A stretch of 31,562 bases of DNA, from positions 1 through 31,562 of the IMG/VR virus record IMGVR_UViG_3300020042_001096; one strand, given 5' to 3'. The notes beneath the pieces are model-generated. The model made no database searches, was not told where the DNA came from, and saw only the letters and a list, made by a program, of their open reading frames with translations. Shown piece by piece: positions 14,935-24,448 of the stretch. Source of the stretch: a virus (taxonomy: Duplodnaviria > Caudoviricetes). A program made the translations under genes and the position numbers. Position 1 is the stretch's first letter. Every line of letters begins with the position of its first letter.

Positions 14935-16958
14935 TATTTAGCTCCTGATGTGGGAGCCTGACCGCCCCCAATTACATTTGTTGTTGGGTTATTTGGCGTA
15001 GTTTGTCCGATGCCGACTGTATTCCCTGCTCCTGCAGTGCCTGTCTGTTCTGTTGTAACTTGACGCGCATTGCGGAGGTTTCTAGCTCCAGCAAGTTCGG
15101 AATCTGTGAAGGGGATTCCTCTGGCATTGAGTAAGTTTTTTGCTCCATCTGAAAAGCTCTCCGATCTAGCTGATTTAACACCCAAAGTATAATATAGGCT
15201 CTGTTCGTAATACCATAAAACAGCCTGGTTTGCTTGCTCATCTAACTTAACATTAGACGCAATAGCTCTATTCCATTGCTTCATTATATTACGCTCAGAC
15301 TCATTGCGTGGAGCGTCAACCAATCCTTGCTCACTTACTGGCCCTTCAGTTAGTGTTCCAGCGTGACGGTTGTAAGTTCTGGTAAACCACTTGTCTGCAG
15401 TTGTTTCTTTGATACCATTTAGATTTAAAAAGAAAGGGCCTCCTTTTTCGCCCATAATAAATGCGCCCATCTTCATATCATTTGCTTTGCCTGATATGCC
15501 GGGAGTTTTATAAAGACCAGATGCAGCACGCATATTTGTAATTTCTTTTACTGTGTGAGGAGTTAATAACCATTCAGCATAATTATCCATTCCACCCATT
15601 GCTTTAATCATGTACTCATGCAATTTTAATTGCTGCTCCATGATTGGACCAGTAGTGCCACCCCACAATTTTCCATTGTCAGGATTGCGTGATGCAACCT
15701 TTCCTGTTTTCATTAAGTGTTCAGTAATACGCAGAGCCACTGGCCAATTTTCACCGGCTCGTTTGTTGTAACTTGTTGACGCAGAAAATGCTGTAGTTAT
15801 TACCCTTAATGGTTCATCAGTTGCAAGCTCTGGGATAATCTTTGATCCAAGCATAAATGCCTGATGTACGTCATCTTCATACCAAGTCGCACCGCTAATC
15901 GGCTGAGACATTTGATATTGAGATTCTGCTGTTGCAGAGTCAACCATTTTCACTAAATCTTTTGGCTTAGTTGGATCAAGTGGTTTGTTTTTATTTAATA
16001 CAAGTTGCGATTTTTCTAATACAGTGCCAACATCATTTACAGTAATGGTTCCTTTTTCACCAGTGCCTTGAATCTTAACTTTAGCCAAACGTAACGCAAC
16101 AGATGGAGCTCGTTCAGCTTGAGGTAAATAAATATTTACATCTGGATTAGAAGAAACAGAATCAATTGCTTTTGTAAACTCAGTCTTTGGATTAAATTTA
16201 CTTGGAAGAATAAGCGGCTCTTCTGTGGTTTTTGATTTACCTGGTGGGGCAATATCCATCAAGCCACCTGTTTTACGCATATAACCTTCAATCATCTCGC
16301 CAGCAATTGGCGCTAATGCCTCGCCTACAGCTTTACCACCTTTTGCTGCAAGCGCCACACCAGGAACAGCATCTAACGATTGCAATACGCCTTCACCATA
16401 CTTCAGCGCAGCAGTTCCGTATTCACCGCTTGCTGCAGCCTCCATGGCCTCACCACCTGATATACCAGCTTCCTGTGTTGCCAGTGGAATTACAAAAGGA
16501 GTCATGTCTATTAAGCCAATGCCAAACGGTATGCCAGAGCTTTCGCCACCAAACATTGTTTCAGATAATTTGCGTGCGCGTGCATTGTCCATGCCTGTAT
16601 TATCAATAAGCATTTGCTGCATGCCGCTAACCATATTTTGACGCATCGTCCTATCTTTTGGAATAACGGCACCACTAATACCAGCTTTTTGATCTTCCGC
16701 AATTCTGCGTATGATCATTTGCGATTGCGTTTCCAATGGCATGCTACGCATTAGATCGGCTGCTTGCTCTGGAGTTGTCGGTGCTTTTGCCCTACCAACA
16801 TTAGCAGGAGCATCAGTTCTAGTACCAGGACCCGCAGCAAGTTGCACGCCTTCCAGGCTGAACTCATCCTCCATAGGAGCTGGCTCAACAGGCATAGCAG
16901 GGAAATAGCCCTCTACTATTGTGTCAATGTACCGCTGTTCAATCGGGCTGTATGCCAT
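14934..16958 (-). CDS. Putative internal virion protein with a C-terminal HhH-GPD glycosylase-like domain
   Basis: Position within the ejection-protein block; WY...STS...N...GEK...F.LNL...T.D.W..R...QAVLW motif series. Confidence 0.65.
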   Translation of the reverse strand: MAYSPIEQRYIDTIVEGYFPAMPVEPAPMEDEFSLEGVQLAAGPGTRTDAPANVGRAKAPTTPEQAADLMRSMPLETQSQMIIRRIAEDQKAGISGAVIPKDRTMRQNMVSGMQQMLIDNTGMDNARARKLSETMFGGESSGIPFGIGLIDMTPFVIPLATQEAGISGGEAMEAAASGEYGTAALKYGEGVLQSLDAVPGVALAAKGGKAVGEALAPIAGEMIEGYMRKTGGLMDIAPPGKSKTTEEPLILPSKFNPKTEFTKAIDSVSSNPDVNIYLPQAERAPSVALRLAKVKIQGTGEKGTITVNDVGTVLEKSQLVLNKNKPLDPTKPKDLVKMVDSATAESQYQMSQPISGATWYEDDVHQAFMLGSKIIPELATDEPLRVITTAFSASTSYNKRAGENWPVALRITEHLMKTGKVASRNPDNGKLWGGTTGPIMEQQLKLHEYMIKAMGGMDNYAEWLLTPHTVKEITNMRAASGLYKTPGISGKANDMKMGAFIMGEKGGPFFLNLNGIKETTADKWFTRTYNRHAGTLTEGPVSEQGLVDAPRNESERNIMKQWNRAIASNVKLDEQANQAVLWYYEQSLYYTLGVKSARSESFSDGAKNLLNARGIPFTDSELAGARNLRNARQVTTEQTGTAGAGNTVGIGQTTPNNPTTNVIGGGQAPTSGAK

Positions 16959-16959
16959 G

Positions 16960-18750
16960 CTAGATTCCCTCTGATACTTTTAACAAGCGCTCAATCTCTT
17001 GGATTTGGCGTAGTTTCTTTGGATCGCCTTTGGCCTTTTCTCTTAGCGCTGGCAGTGTTTGCTTGTTAACTGGTCCAGTAATCCAATCACGATCTGGCTT
17101 TACTTTGCCAGCTCTATCTACCGTAAAATTATCCAGTGATTCTTTTGCTTGCTTTGCTTCTGTTGAATTTCTTTTATCAAGAATTTCTTTTTCCATCTTG
17201 TCAATGATTTGTCTTTCGGTCAATACCTTACCTTCGTTGGCTGCTTCAGACTCAATCTCAGCAACCCTAACTTTTAATTGTTGCTTGCGTTTCCACTCTT
17301 CGCTTTTCTGATCGATCACAACTATAGCGCCAGGCTCCGATGCAATACCTGCCAATTTATTTAGGCCGGCATCCAATGCTCGTAATCCATCTTTGTTTTC
17401 TGTACGCAGTGATTTTAATAACCCAAGTCTTTGCCTTGGATTCAATCCAGGTATTTTGTCCAACTGTTCTTTGGTTGTGATCCTGCCATCAAATATCATT
17501 CCTAATGCATTATATTCAGCAACAGGATTACCATCACCTTCTTTCTCTGGCTCAAGAAGATCTTTTATTGTGCCAATTGGAATTGAACCAGGTGGCAAAG
17601 CCATAAGCTCATCAATATATGCAATACGTTTTGAATTCTTTACATCTTTAATTGCATATATTTTTTCAAGCAAATTAATTGCAGCTGCTTCTCCATTGCG
17701 TTTGTCTTGATCTCGTTTGCGATTACTAAGCTCTTCTCTCTGATTAACTGCAAGCATATAGTTTGCGGTAACTTTAGCAACAGAATCATAATCATTAGAA
17801 ATCATGTTCTTTAGCACGCCGCTTAAATTTCCAATATCACCAGTGCGGATTTTTGACAGCGTTGTCATTGGATCTGCCATGTAATCATCAGACATTAAAT
17901 GTCTTGTAACAACATTTATTTTTGCGTTATTAAATTCTTTTTTGTAATCGTTAATATATTTGTTTGCCAACTCAGGTCCAATTCCTTCAGTCAACACAGT
18001 TTGCTGCAATGTTTTTAAACCAGCTTCATAAGTAGAATCTAAAATTTGCGGGTTGTTTGCAATGTTTACTTCCATTAATTTTATTTGCGAATTAAAGTCA
18101 GTAATAAATTTCTGCTCACGCACGCGCTTATTAAACTTAGACTCTGCCTCTAAAGCAGATTTGTAAACTGCATTGCCATGCGTAGCCATAGTCGCATTAA
18201 AGCGGATAGCTGCTTCTGGATCTACTTGCGCAAGAACTTCAGAGCTTGCTTTAGTAAATGTATTTATTTTTTCAAGTACGTTTTTAGATGATGCAGATGA
18301 ATTACCTTGCTCAATGTCGCTTACTATTTTTATAAGTTCTGCGTTACCTTCTTGCTGAAACAGATTTGCCAGTTGCGCACTTCTAGCTTTTTTTACTGCC
18401 TCATTAAATTTGCTAGGCAACATGCTTAATGCGCTTTTTTCTACTTTGCCTTTTTTAATGGATATGCCGCCGCCAAGCTCTACATCTAATAAGCCACCAT
18501 GAGAATCAAATAACTGATCTTGAGTAATCTCATTCTCTGCTGCGTATTTGAGCCCTTCTTCAATGCGCATCTTGCCGGCATACTCAAATAACCCAGCACT
18601 CATGCGGTCAAGCATTTGACCCATTACCTGATTAGATTCTGCTTGAGCTCTGCCAGCAACATACTGCACAGGCCGAGGCTCGATCTGACGCATAGGCACG
18701 CTGCCTGGTTGACGTAGTTGTATATTTCCTGTGTCTAATCTAGTAGCCAT
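16960..18750 (-). CDS. Internal virion protein (gp15-like position)
   Basis: 596 aa, charged and helical; assigned by synteny after the gp14-like gene. Confidence 0.65.
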   Translation of the reverse strand: MATRLDTGNIQLRQPGSVPMRQIEPRPVQYVAGRAQAESNQVMGQMLDRMSAGLFEYAGKMRIEEGLKYAAENEITQDQLFDSHGGLLDVELGGGISIKKGKVEKSALSMLPSKFNEAVKKARSAQLANLFQQEGNAELIKIVSDIEQGNSSASSKNVLEKINTFTKASSEVLAQVDPEAAIRFNATMATHGNAVYKSALEAESKFNKRVREQKFITDFNSQIKLMEVNIANNPQILDSTYEAGLKTLQQTVLTEGIGPELANKYINDYKKEFNNAKINVVTRHLMSDDYMADPMTTLSKIRTGDIGNLSGVLKNMISNDYDSVAKVTANYMLAVNQREELSNRKRDQDKRNGEAAAINLLEKIYAIKDVKNSKRIAYIDELMALPPGSIPIGTIKDLLEPEKEGDGNPVAEYNALGMIFDGRITTKEQLDKIPGLNPRQRLGLLKSLRTENKDGLRALDAGLNKLAGIASEPGAIVVIDQKSEEWKRKQQLKVRVAEIESEAANEGKVLTERQIIDKMEKEILDKRNSTEAKQAKESLDNFTVDRAGKVKPDRDWITGPVNKQTLPALREKAKGDPKKLRQIQEIERLLKVSEGI

Positions 18751-18761
18751 TTTTAATTACC

Positions 18762-19391
18762 TTATTTTGGTGGAACAGTCTTAGGAGCTGTTTCGCCATA
18801 AATAGTAGTGCCAAAATTAACAGCAGCTGAACCAAGTGTAAATGCACTCATCAAACCACCTGTACGCCTAGTAGCTGCGGCTGCTTGCTGGTATTGGCCA
18901 GCTTGAGCACTAGCAGCATATTTGTTTAATATGTTCTGGATTTCTGTAGACTCAAGCATTGCACTGGCATCTTCAAATCCTAGTACCCTTGCAGCCAATG
19001 CATTTAAATCAGCAACACCAACATCCATTAATGTTGCTTGCGTATTTTGTTGCTGAATAGCAAGCGCACTGCCGCCACCATAATCAATACCATTAGCAGC
19101 TGCTCTAGCACGAACAGCAGCATTTGACTCGCGCTCTCTGCGCAGCAATGTATTGCCGGCAACCTTCCAATTCATTTCTTCTGTTTTTGCTTTTTGCAGA
19201 ATGCGGCCAGTTTGGATGGCACCATACTCAGCATCAAGATCTGCGCGTACATTAGCAATTTCAAGCGCGTTTCTGGCTTGCAAAAGATAACCAGTCTGCT
19301 GGTTAATAGACTCTGCTAATTTAGCTTGTGAAGCGCCATAGGCAGTTATTAATCCTGCCCCTGCTGTCAACATTGCTGGAGTAATCGCCAT
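18762..19391 (-). CDS. Internal virion protein (gp14-like)
   Basis: Ala/Gln-rich, hydrophobic N-terminus, RARAAANGID.GGGS motif; follows the nozzle gene. Confidence 0.7.
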   Translation of the reverse strand: MAITPAMLTAGAGLITAYGASQAKLAESINQQTGYLLQARNALEIANVRADLDAEYGAIQTGRILQKAKTEEMNWKVAGNTLLRRERESNAAVRARAAANGIDYGGGSALAIQQQNTQATLMDVGVADLNALAARVLGFEDASAMLESTEIQNILNKYAASAQAGQYQQAAAATRRTGGLMSAFTLGSAAVNFGTTIYGETAPKTVPPK

Positions 19392-19392
19392 A

Positions 19393-21378
19393 TCAAGTTC
19401 CTGAATTTACTGCGACTCGGTAATCAAGACCAAGCAATGTCATCTTTAGCGGCAGGTTTTGCTCCACTTCGATTGCCTGTTCTCGGCTATACCCAAGCAC
19501 GCCATTAACTATTTTGATGCCTGTATATGTAGGCTCGGCAGCATCAAGCATAGGATTATCAAATAACCTAAACGCTACTGGCTGAGAATTAATAATCATG
19601 TGTTGCGTATCTTTTAAAACAGCACTGATTTCTACAATGCGCTTTTTAAAAGATAACCTAGTGCCAGTTTGCAGCTTAATGTCCACCGGCATTGTTTTAA
19701 CGTAGACAGTTATTGGCAAACCAACTTCATAGCTGGTTGTGCTTGACCTGTCAAAAGTAACTACACCAGCTCCGCTTACGGTTTCATTTGATTGAGGTAT
19801 GCCATCAGTAATTACATTAAGAGCCTTACCAATATGCGGTAAGCCTGTAGCAGTAGCAGCAGCAGCACCAGTAAAAGAGCAATCTGTAAAGACATCGTAA
19901 CTAAATAACTCAATGAAATATCTATCAACGGAATTAAATCTTCTTTTTGTTACTGTGTATATGGCGGTAACATCCACGCCAACATCGATAAAACTACCAT
20001 CAGTAGTAAACTCAGACGGTGCGGTAATCTGCTGAGATCTCATGATTGAAAACGCAGCCATACTTCCATCAGTATCATTTGTCATTAACAGCAAATCTGC
20101 TTCCTCTGTGCTGGACGCTCTACGCAGTGCAATCCGCTGCGGAGACTTTAGCAGGTGGCCTGACATTAGCGATATGCGCTGGGTGATGTATGTCAGCTGA
20201 GAGTCAGAGAACACAAACTCGTTTAACGATTTACCTTGGCGCTGAATGTATACGGTGCCAGTATCAACAGATTGCACCCTGGTGCCAGGCTTCATGCCGT
20301 TTCTTGATACGTTCTTAAAAATAAATGTTAGCGGCGTAACTGGATCTGTTGCATTTTGCGGCACATAGAATTCACCACCAGTAGTAAATACCTGGAAATC
20401 TCTAGCGCTTAAAATGTCAGTAATTACGTTAAGATCATTAGTATCTAGCGTGGCCTCAACAGCATCATCATCAAGAGATTCTGTCGGCACAAAATCAAAA
20501 AACAAACCGATCTTGCTGCCCCATATTGTTGATGGCCTAGATTTTGAACCGCCAAAATATAACCTGCCCTCGTGAAAACTTACAGTTCTCTGCCAGCCTT
20601 TGGTGCTCGACCACACATCCTCATAACCACTTTCTTTTTCCCACGATCCATTGGCAATAGCTGTGGTGTTAAAGAATGGGTATTCTGTAATTACGTTCAC
20701 AACAGTTGTGCTTACATACTGAATAATCTTTGCTCTACCTTGTGGCGTTGCATTGATGTACTGGTTAACATCACCTGCGCTAAATACTGCAGATGATGCT
20801 GTCAACGTAATGTTGCCAGATACCGCACTTGGAGTAAGCGTGCCAGCTGGGTTGCTATAAGCAATAGTAAATGCATACTTAGGTATGCTGTCAAACGTGA
20901 TGGTGGTTGCAGTCCAGGTAGCATCAGTGCCACCGCGCACAATCTTTACCGGCTGCAGATCTGGGTGGACAACAATCAAAGTATCAGCTGATTGCGTCCA
21001 GCACATATCATCAACCATATCTGATGTAATGCTGGTGGTCAGATAATTATTTGCCCCACCATTAATGGCAGCAATTACAGCGCCATTTTTAATAACGTAC
21101 ATTCGCTGGTGCGTAAAGCACAGCATGTAGGAATCGCTAACAGAGAATTGAAACGGCACCAGGCGCACGCCATTGCCGGCACTAGGTGTGCTGCTATTGG
21201 GGAGCTCCAAGATATGCTTGGTGCCTGGTCTACGCCTTAAACCACCCTGCGGCTGGATTAGCACGTTAGTGGCTTTAGCTAGTGCGTTATTGTATTGATC
21301 GAGCTCTATCCTAGATCGCAGCAATGGATCCAATTCACCTGTACTAAAGTTAGACTGAATGTCAACAAAGCGCGGCAT
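19393..21378 (-). CDS. Tail tubular protein B / nozzle (T7 gp12-like)
   Basis: QSNFSTGELDP.L..R.....Y, N.LI.PQGGL.RRPGT, TQSAD, FHEGRL.FGG motifs. Confidence 0.88.
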   Translation of the reverse strand: MPRFVDIQSNFSTGELDPLLRSRIELDQYNNALAKATNVLIQPQGGLRRRPGTKHILELPNSSTPSAGNGVRLVPFQFSVSDSYMLCFTHQRMYVIKNGAVIAAINGGANNYLTTSITSDMVDDMCWTQSADTLIVVHPDLQPVKIVRGGTDATWTATTITFDSIPKYAFTIAYSNPAGTLTPSAVSGNITLTASSAVFSAGDVNQYINATPQGRAKIIQYVSTTVVNVITEYPFFNTTAIANGSWEKESGYEDVWSSTKGWQRTVSFHEGRLYFGGSKSRPSTIWGSKIGLFFDFVPTESLDDDAVEATLDTNDLNVITDILSARDFQVFTTGGEFYVPQNATDPVTPLTFIFKNVSRNGMKPGTRVQSVDTGTVYIQRQGKSLNEFVFSDSQLTYITQRISLMSGHLLKSPQRIALRRASSTEEADLLLMTNDTDGSMAAFSIMRSQQITAPSEFTTDGSFIDVGVDVTAIYTVTKRRFNSVDRYFIELFSYDVFTDCSFTGAAAATATGLPHIGKALNVITDGIPQSNETVSGAGVVTFDRSSTTSYEVGLPITVYVKTMPVDIKLQTGTRLSFKKRIVEISAVLKDTQHMIINSQPVAFRLFDNPMLDAAEPTYTGIKIVNGVLGYSREQAIEVEQNLPLKMTLLGLDYRVAVNSGT

Positions 21379-21992
21379 TAGTTCCTCACTGCAATTAGGC
21401 TGAAATCCTCGATAATTCTAATCGGGTTACTCTGGCCATCCACCTGCATACACTGCCTAAAATAACCACCCCGGCCATTCTCGGATGGATCGCCAACAGC
21501 AACGCTACGCCACTTGGTAGACTTTTCTTGCTGCTCGGTAATCGATTCTGCTATGTGCCAGGCAACCATGTATTTCAACAGCTGCACAAAGTATGCTGGC
21601 ATCGCAAATTCTGCAACGCTATATTGGTAGTCAATATAAACGCTGGTTAGATTTGTCAGCATTTGATCGCCCTGGATCTCCCAATCTTTTTGCACTGGAG
21701 CGCCAACGGATGCCGAGTTATATACAGCTCTTGGACTAGCAATGCGGTCACCAGGCAACTGGTATGCATACTTCCAAACGCTACCAGGCGCAGTCACCAG
21801 CTGAGCCAGCTGGATCTTTTTCATATTAAATGACCATGGATACATGACCAATGTACTGTCCCTAATATTTGGGTACAGTCGGTCACAGATCGAGCTCTCG
21901 TCAGTGCCATCATTAAATGATGTAATTGCTTTAGCACCAATCATCAGGAGCGCGTCAGCGCAAATACGAATACCAGTATCGCCAGCTGCCAT
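21378..21992 (-). CDS. Tail tubular protein A / adaptor (T7 gp11-like)
   Basis: ICADALLMIGAKAITSF, YPWSF, WKYAYQLPGD motifs. Confidence 0.88.
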   Translation of the reverse strand: MAAGDTGIRICADALLMIGAKAITSFNDGTDESSICDRLYPNIRDSTLVMYPWSFNMKKIQLAQLVTAPGSVWKYAYQLPGDRIASPRAVYNSASVGAPVQKDWEIQGDQMLTNLTSVYIDYQYSVAEFAMPAYFVQLLKYMVAWHIAESITEQQEKSTKWRSVAVGDPSENGRGGYFRQCMQVDGQSNPIRIIEDFSLIAVRN

Positions 21993-22003
21993 ATCAAACC
22001 TTT

Positions 22004-22043
22004 AAGTAATAAAGGGCCACCCTTGTTTTACAAGAGCAGCCCT
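22004..22043 (-). terminator. Probable leaky terminator/stem-loop after the capsid genes (T-phi-like position)
   Basis: AGGGCUGCUCUUGU-AAA-ACAAGGGUGGCCCU forms a 14-bp stem with three G-U pairs that form only on the minus strand, followed by UUAUUACUU. Confidence 0.65.
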
Positions 22044-22062
22044 GTGCTTGATACAGATTAGA

Positions 22063-22338
22063 TTAGTCTGTATCTGTTGCGCTTACGGTTGTACCATCAG
22101 CGATATCAACAACACCAGCTGCCGAGACTGCATTGACGTAAGTCAATACAAGGCTAGGAGTTGTGCTGTCGTAAACAAAGATAATATCGCCAACTTTTAA
22201 CAGCGATGCAATGCTGTCAAAATAACTAACGGTATTAACAGTTGCTTGTGTATCTGCTGTTTTGTACAAGTACATTGATGGTGCGTTGCCAGATTTGGCA
22301 GCGCAGACAGTGACCAGACCAGTTGAAGAAAATGCCAT
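22063..22338 (-). CDS. Putative capsid decoration / minor head protein
   Basis: 91 aa, beta-rich, directly after the major capsid gene; YKTAD...V....YF...LKVGDII motif. Confidence 0.65.
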   Translation of the reverse strand: MAFSSTGLVTVCAAKSGNAPSMYLYKTADTQATVNTVSYFDSIASLLKVGDIIFVYDSTTPSLVLTYVNAVSAAGVVDIADGTTVSATDTD

Positions 22339-22350
22339 GTCAGCCCCCTA

Positions 22351-23193
22351 TTAAGTTTCGCGGCAGGTAAGTTGAACAATACCTTCCGCATCAATGGTTA
22401 TGGCACCGGCTGAGAATACTTCGTTTACCAGCCAGCTGGTTTTCTCTGCAATGTAGTTGATCTCAGTGCGCATGCCAATACCTTCAGCATAGCCAAGAGC
22501 ATCGCGGTGGAAAGCAAAGCATGTACGATCCAACGAACCGTCGATTGCCAAGCCACCCTCAGAACGGTCACCCAAAACGTGGAATTGGAAACCCATGTAG
22601 GTATTCAATTCACCCTGGACTAGAGCCTTAACTGTGTTGAAGTCAGACGATGTAACGGTTGACTCAGACAACAGGTTAGACAGGCCATTAGCATGGATGA
22701 TGATGTGACGGTTGTCTGGTGGTACATTGTTTTTGTCCATCAGACGCTTAGCTTCACGCAGCTTAGCAATGTTCATGTTGCTGTCAGATGCGCCAATGTC
22801 GTTCGACACTGTAAGCGATGTGCCAGATGCTGCGAGTGCGTCCAGGATCAATTGATCTTGGCGGCGGCCCATAGCAGATGCGACTACTTTAACCAACTCA
22901 GAACGCTCGTCAAAATTGACTTTGGCCTGGCTGAAAATATCTGAATACTCAGCTGCATTCCAATCCTGCAAAGTACAGGTAACGGAACTAAAGCCAACAT
23001 TCAAAGGTGTTATGTCAGTTTGAGCTACACGCAAAGTTGCGGCACCCTTACCAACTTTAGGAAATTTTACTGTACTGCCTTCGACCCCTCTGCGCTGGCG
23101 CACTGCTGGAACCAACATAGCCGATGCTTGATAGGCTTGTTTGACTTCAGCATCAAAGAGGGTAACAAAGGCGTTTGATAGAGAAACGGCCAT
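22351..23193 (-). CDS. Major capsid protein
   Basis: FVTLFDAEVKQAYQ, AMGRRQDQLILDAL, TSSDF..VKALVQGE...MGF.F motifs; strong AGGAG SD; follows the scaffold gene. Confidence 0.9.
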   Translation of the reverse strand: MAVSLSNAFVTLFDAEVKQAYQASAMLVPAVRQRRGVEGSTVKFPKVGKGAATLRVAQTDITPLNVGFSSVTCTLQDWNAAEYSDIFSQAKVNFDERSELVKVVASAMGRRQDQLILDALAASGTSLTVSNDIGASDSNMNIAKLREAKRLMDKNNVPPDNRHIIIHANGLSNLLSESTVTSSDFNTVKALVQGELNTYMGFQFHVLGDRSEGGLAIDGSLDRTCFAFHRDALGYAEGIGMRTEINYIAEKTSWLVNEVFSAGAITIDAEGIVQLTCRET

Positions 23194-23200
23194 TTTGATA

Positions 23201-23335
23201 CTCCTAGTTTATTGACAAAAAGTTATTTGTCGCGCCGGTATGCCAGATATTCTGGGCCGATTGCTTGTTGGTTACGCCAACCAAACGTCTGCTCCACAGC
23301 GGTCAGGGTTCAATAGATATCTATTGAATAAGCCT
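23201..23335 (-). ncRNA. Structured 5' leader of the capsid mRNA (four hairpins)
   Basis: Hairpins at 23305-23335, 23263-23286, 23236-23259 and 23214-23231 precede the SD at 23201-23205. Confidence 0.6.
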
Positions 23336-23341
23336 AATAGC

Positions 23342-23370
23342 GTTTTACTCTTGTTCTTTTTAAAATGCAA
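23342..23370 (-). promoter_or_regulatory. Putative sigma70-like capsid promoter
   Basis: TTGCAT, 17 bp spacer, TAAAAC, immediately after the terminator; the -10 lacks the conserved final T. Confidence 0.5.
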
Positions 23371-23373
23371 GCC

Positions 23374-23398
23374 AAAAAAAACCCCGCCGCAGCGGGAT
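23374..23398 (-). terminator. Intrinsic terminator after the scaffold gene
   Basis: AUCCCGC-UGCG-GCGGGGU stem-loop followed by a U run. Confidence 0.85.
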
Positions 23399-23405
23399 CT
23401 TAATT

Positions 23406-24188
23406 TTATCCAAAAGCCTGGTGAAATAGGCGCTCAACCTTTTGACGGTATGCTGGATCTGATTGGTACCTTGGATCTCCAACCATTGCCTGGAGCTCTT
23501 CTTTGCTAGGCATGCCGGTGGTTGGTGAAGATTGAGTTGGCACGCGACCTTCATAAGTCTCGCGCACTTTCATCAGAGCTCGTAGGCCGGTAGCTGTACC
23601 GCCCATAATCTTGAACTCCTCAAATTCATCTGGTGACCAAATACCCTTCTTGACCAAACCTCGACCCCAATCAACCATATCTTTAACCATTGCCTGGCCA
23701 TTTGGTCCTAGCTTTTGCATCTCCACTTTTGGATCCACCATATCGGCTGACATAACGGATTCTGCTGTGGATCGTAGCTTAGACGCTAGATCATCAAACT
23801 GAGCCTGGCTTATTCCATTATCTGTAGCCCAGCTAACCAGGCTAGCAGTCATTGGATTTTCATCAGCGTTCTGAGCGCCCAACACGCTTACATCATAATT
23901 GCCATCAGCCGGTGCATTGTGCTGACCTTTAGATATCTTGCCTCTTAGGTCTTTCCAGCTTTTGGCCATACCTTCAAGATCTGGCTCGTTGCTGTCTTTT
24001 TTCCAGAAATTCTCTGGCCACCAATCTGGACGCTCAAGCGGATCTTCTGGGCTTGCTGCTACGTCAGTGGGATTAGACCTATGTTCTATTTCTGTGTGCT
24101 GCGGATTTGATTCTGTTTCTTCGTGTGCTGAAACATTGTCTAATAGGCCAGTGTTGCCACTGGGTTCGACGTTGGTTTCTGTGTTCAT
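23406..24188 (-). CDS. Capsid scaffolding / assembly protein
   Basis: Acidic N-terminus, ERPDWWPENFW, C-terminal DPRY.SDPAYRQKV; located between portal and capsid. Confidence 0.85.
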   Translation of the reverse strand: MNTETNVEPSGNTGLLDNVSAHEETESNPQHTEIEHRSNPTDVAASPEDPLERPDWWPENFWKKDSNEPDLEGMAKSWKDLRGKISKGQHNAPADGNYDVSVLGAQNADENPMTASLVSWATDNGISQAQFDDLASKLRSTAESVMSADMVDPKVEMQKLGPNGQAMVKDMVDWGRGLVKKGIWSPDEFEEFKIMGGTATGLRALMKVRETYEGRVPTQSSPTTGMPSKEELQAMVGDPRYQSDPAYRQKVERLFHQAFG

Positions 24189-24448
24189 GGGTTCCTTGCT
24201 CGGTAGATGCGTGCCTCAATTTCCCGAATAATGCTGTTCTGTCCCTCTCGGTAGAAAGCATAATCGGCTGGAGAGCCAGGCACAGCGACAGGCTGCTCCA
24301 AAATTGTATCTCTCATGTACTTTATTAGCTTGATACCATCCTCTGTACCAAACACTCGCAGGTACAAACGGTCAGTATCTTTGCGTTGTTGGTCTACATT
24401 GCGTATATCTTTGGCCTGGCCAATGGCCTCTAGTTCATCCCAACTCAT
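24185..24448 (-). CDS. Bbp19-like small protein
   Basis: YLRVFGTEDG...AFYREGQNSIIREI motif; located between portal and scaffold. Confidence 0.75.
   Translation of the reverse strand: MSWDELEAIGQAKDIRNVDQQRKDTDRLYLRVFGTEDGIKLIKYMRDTILEQPVAVPGSPADYAFYREGQNSIIREIEARIYRARNP

Noticed and set aside
22339-22353. Capsid-decoration fusion by readthrough (T7 10B-like), since the two genes are in frame
   Set aside because: Tandem stops TAA TAG, no obvious slippery site, and the downstream gene has its own SD.
23212-23245. Plus-strand TTGACA as an antisense promoter
   Set aside because: No credible -10 at 16-18 bp; the hexamer is part of a leader hairpin arm.
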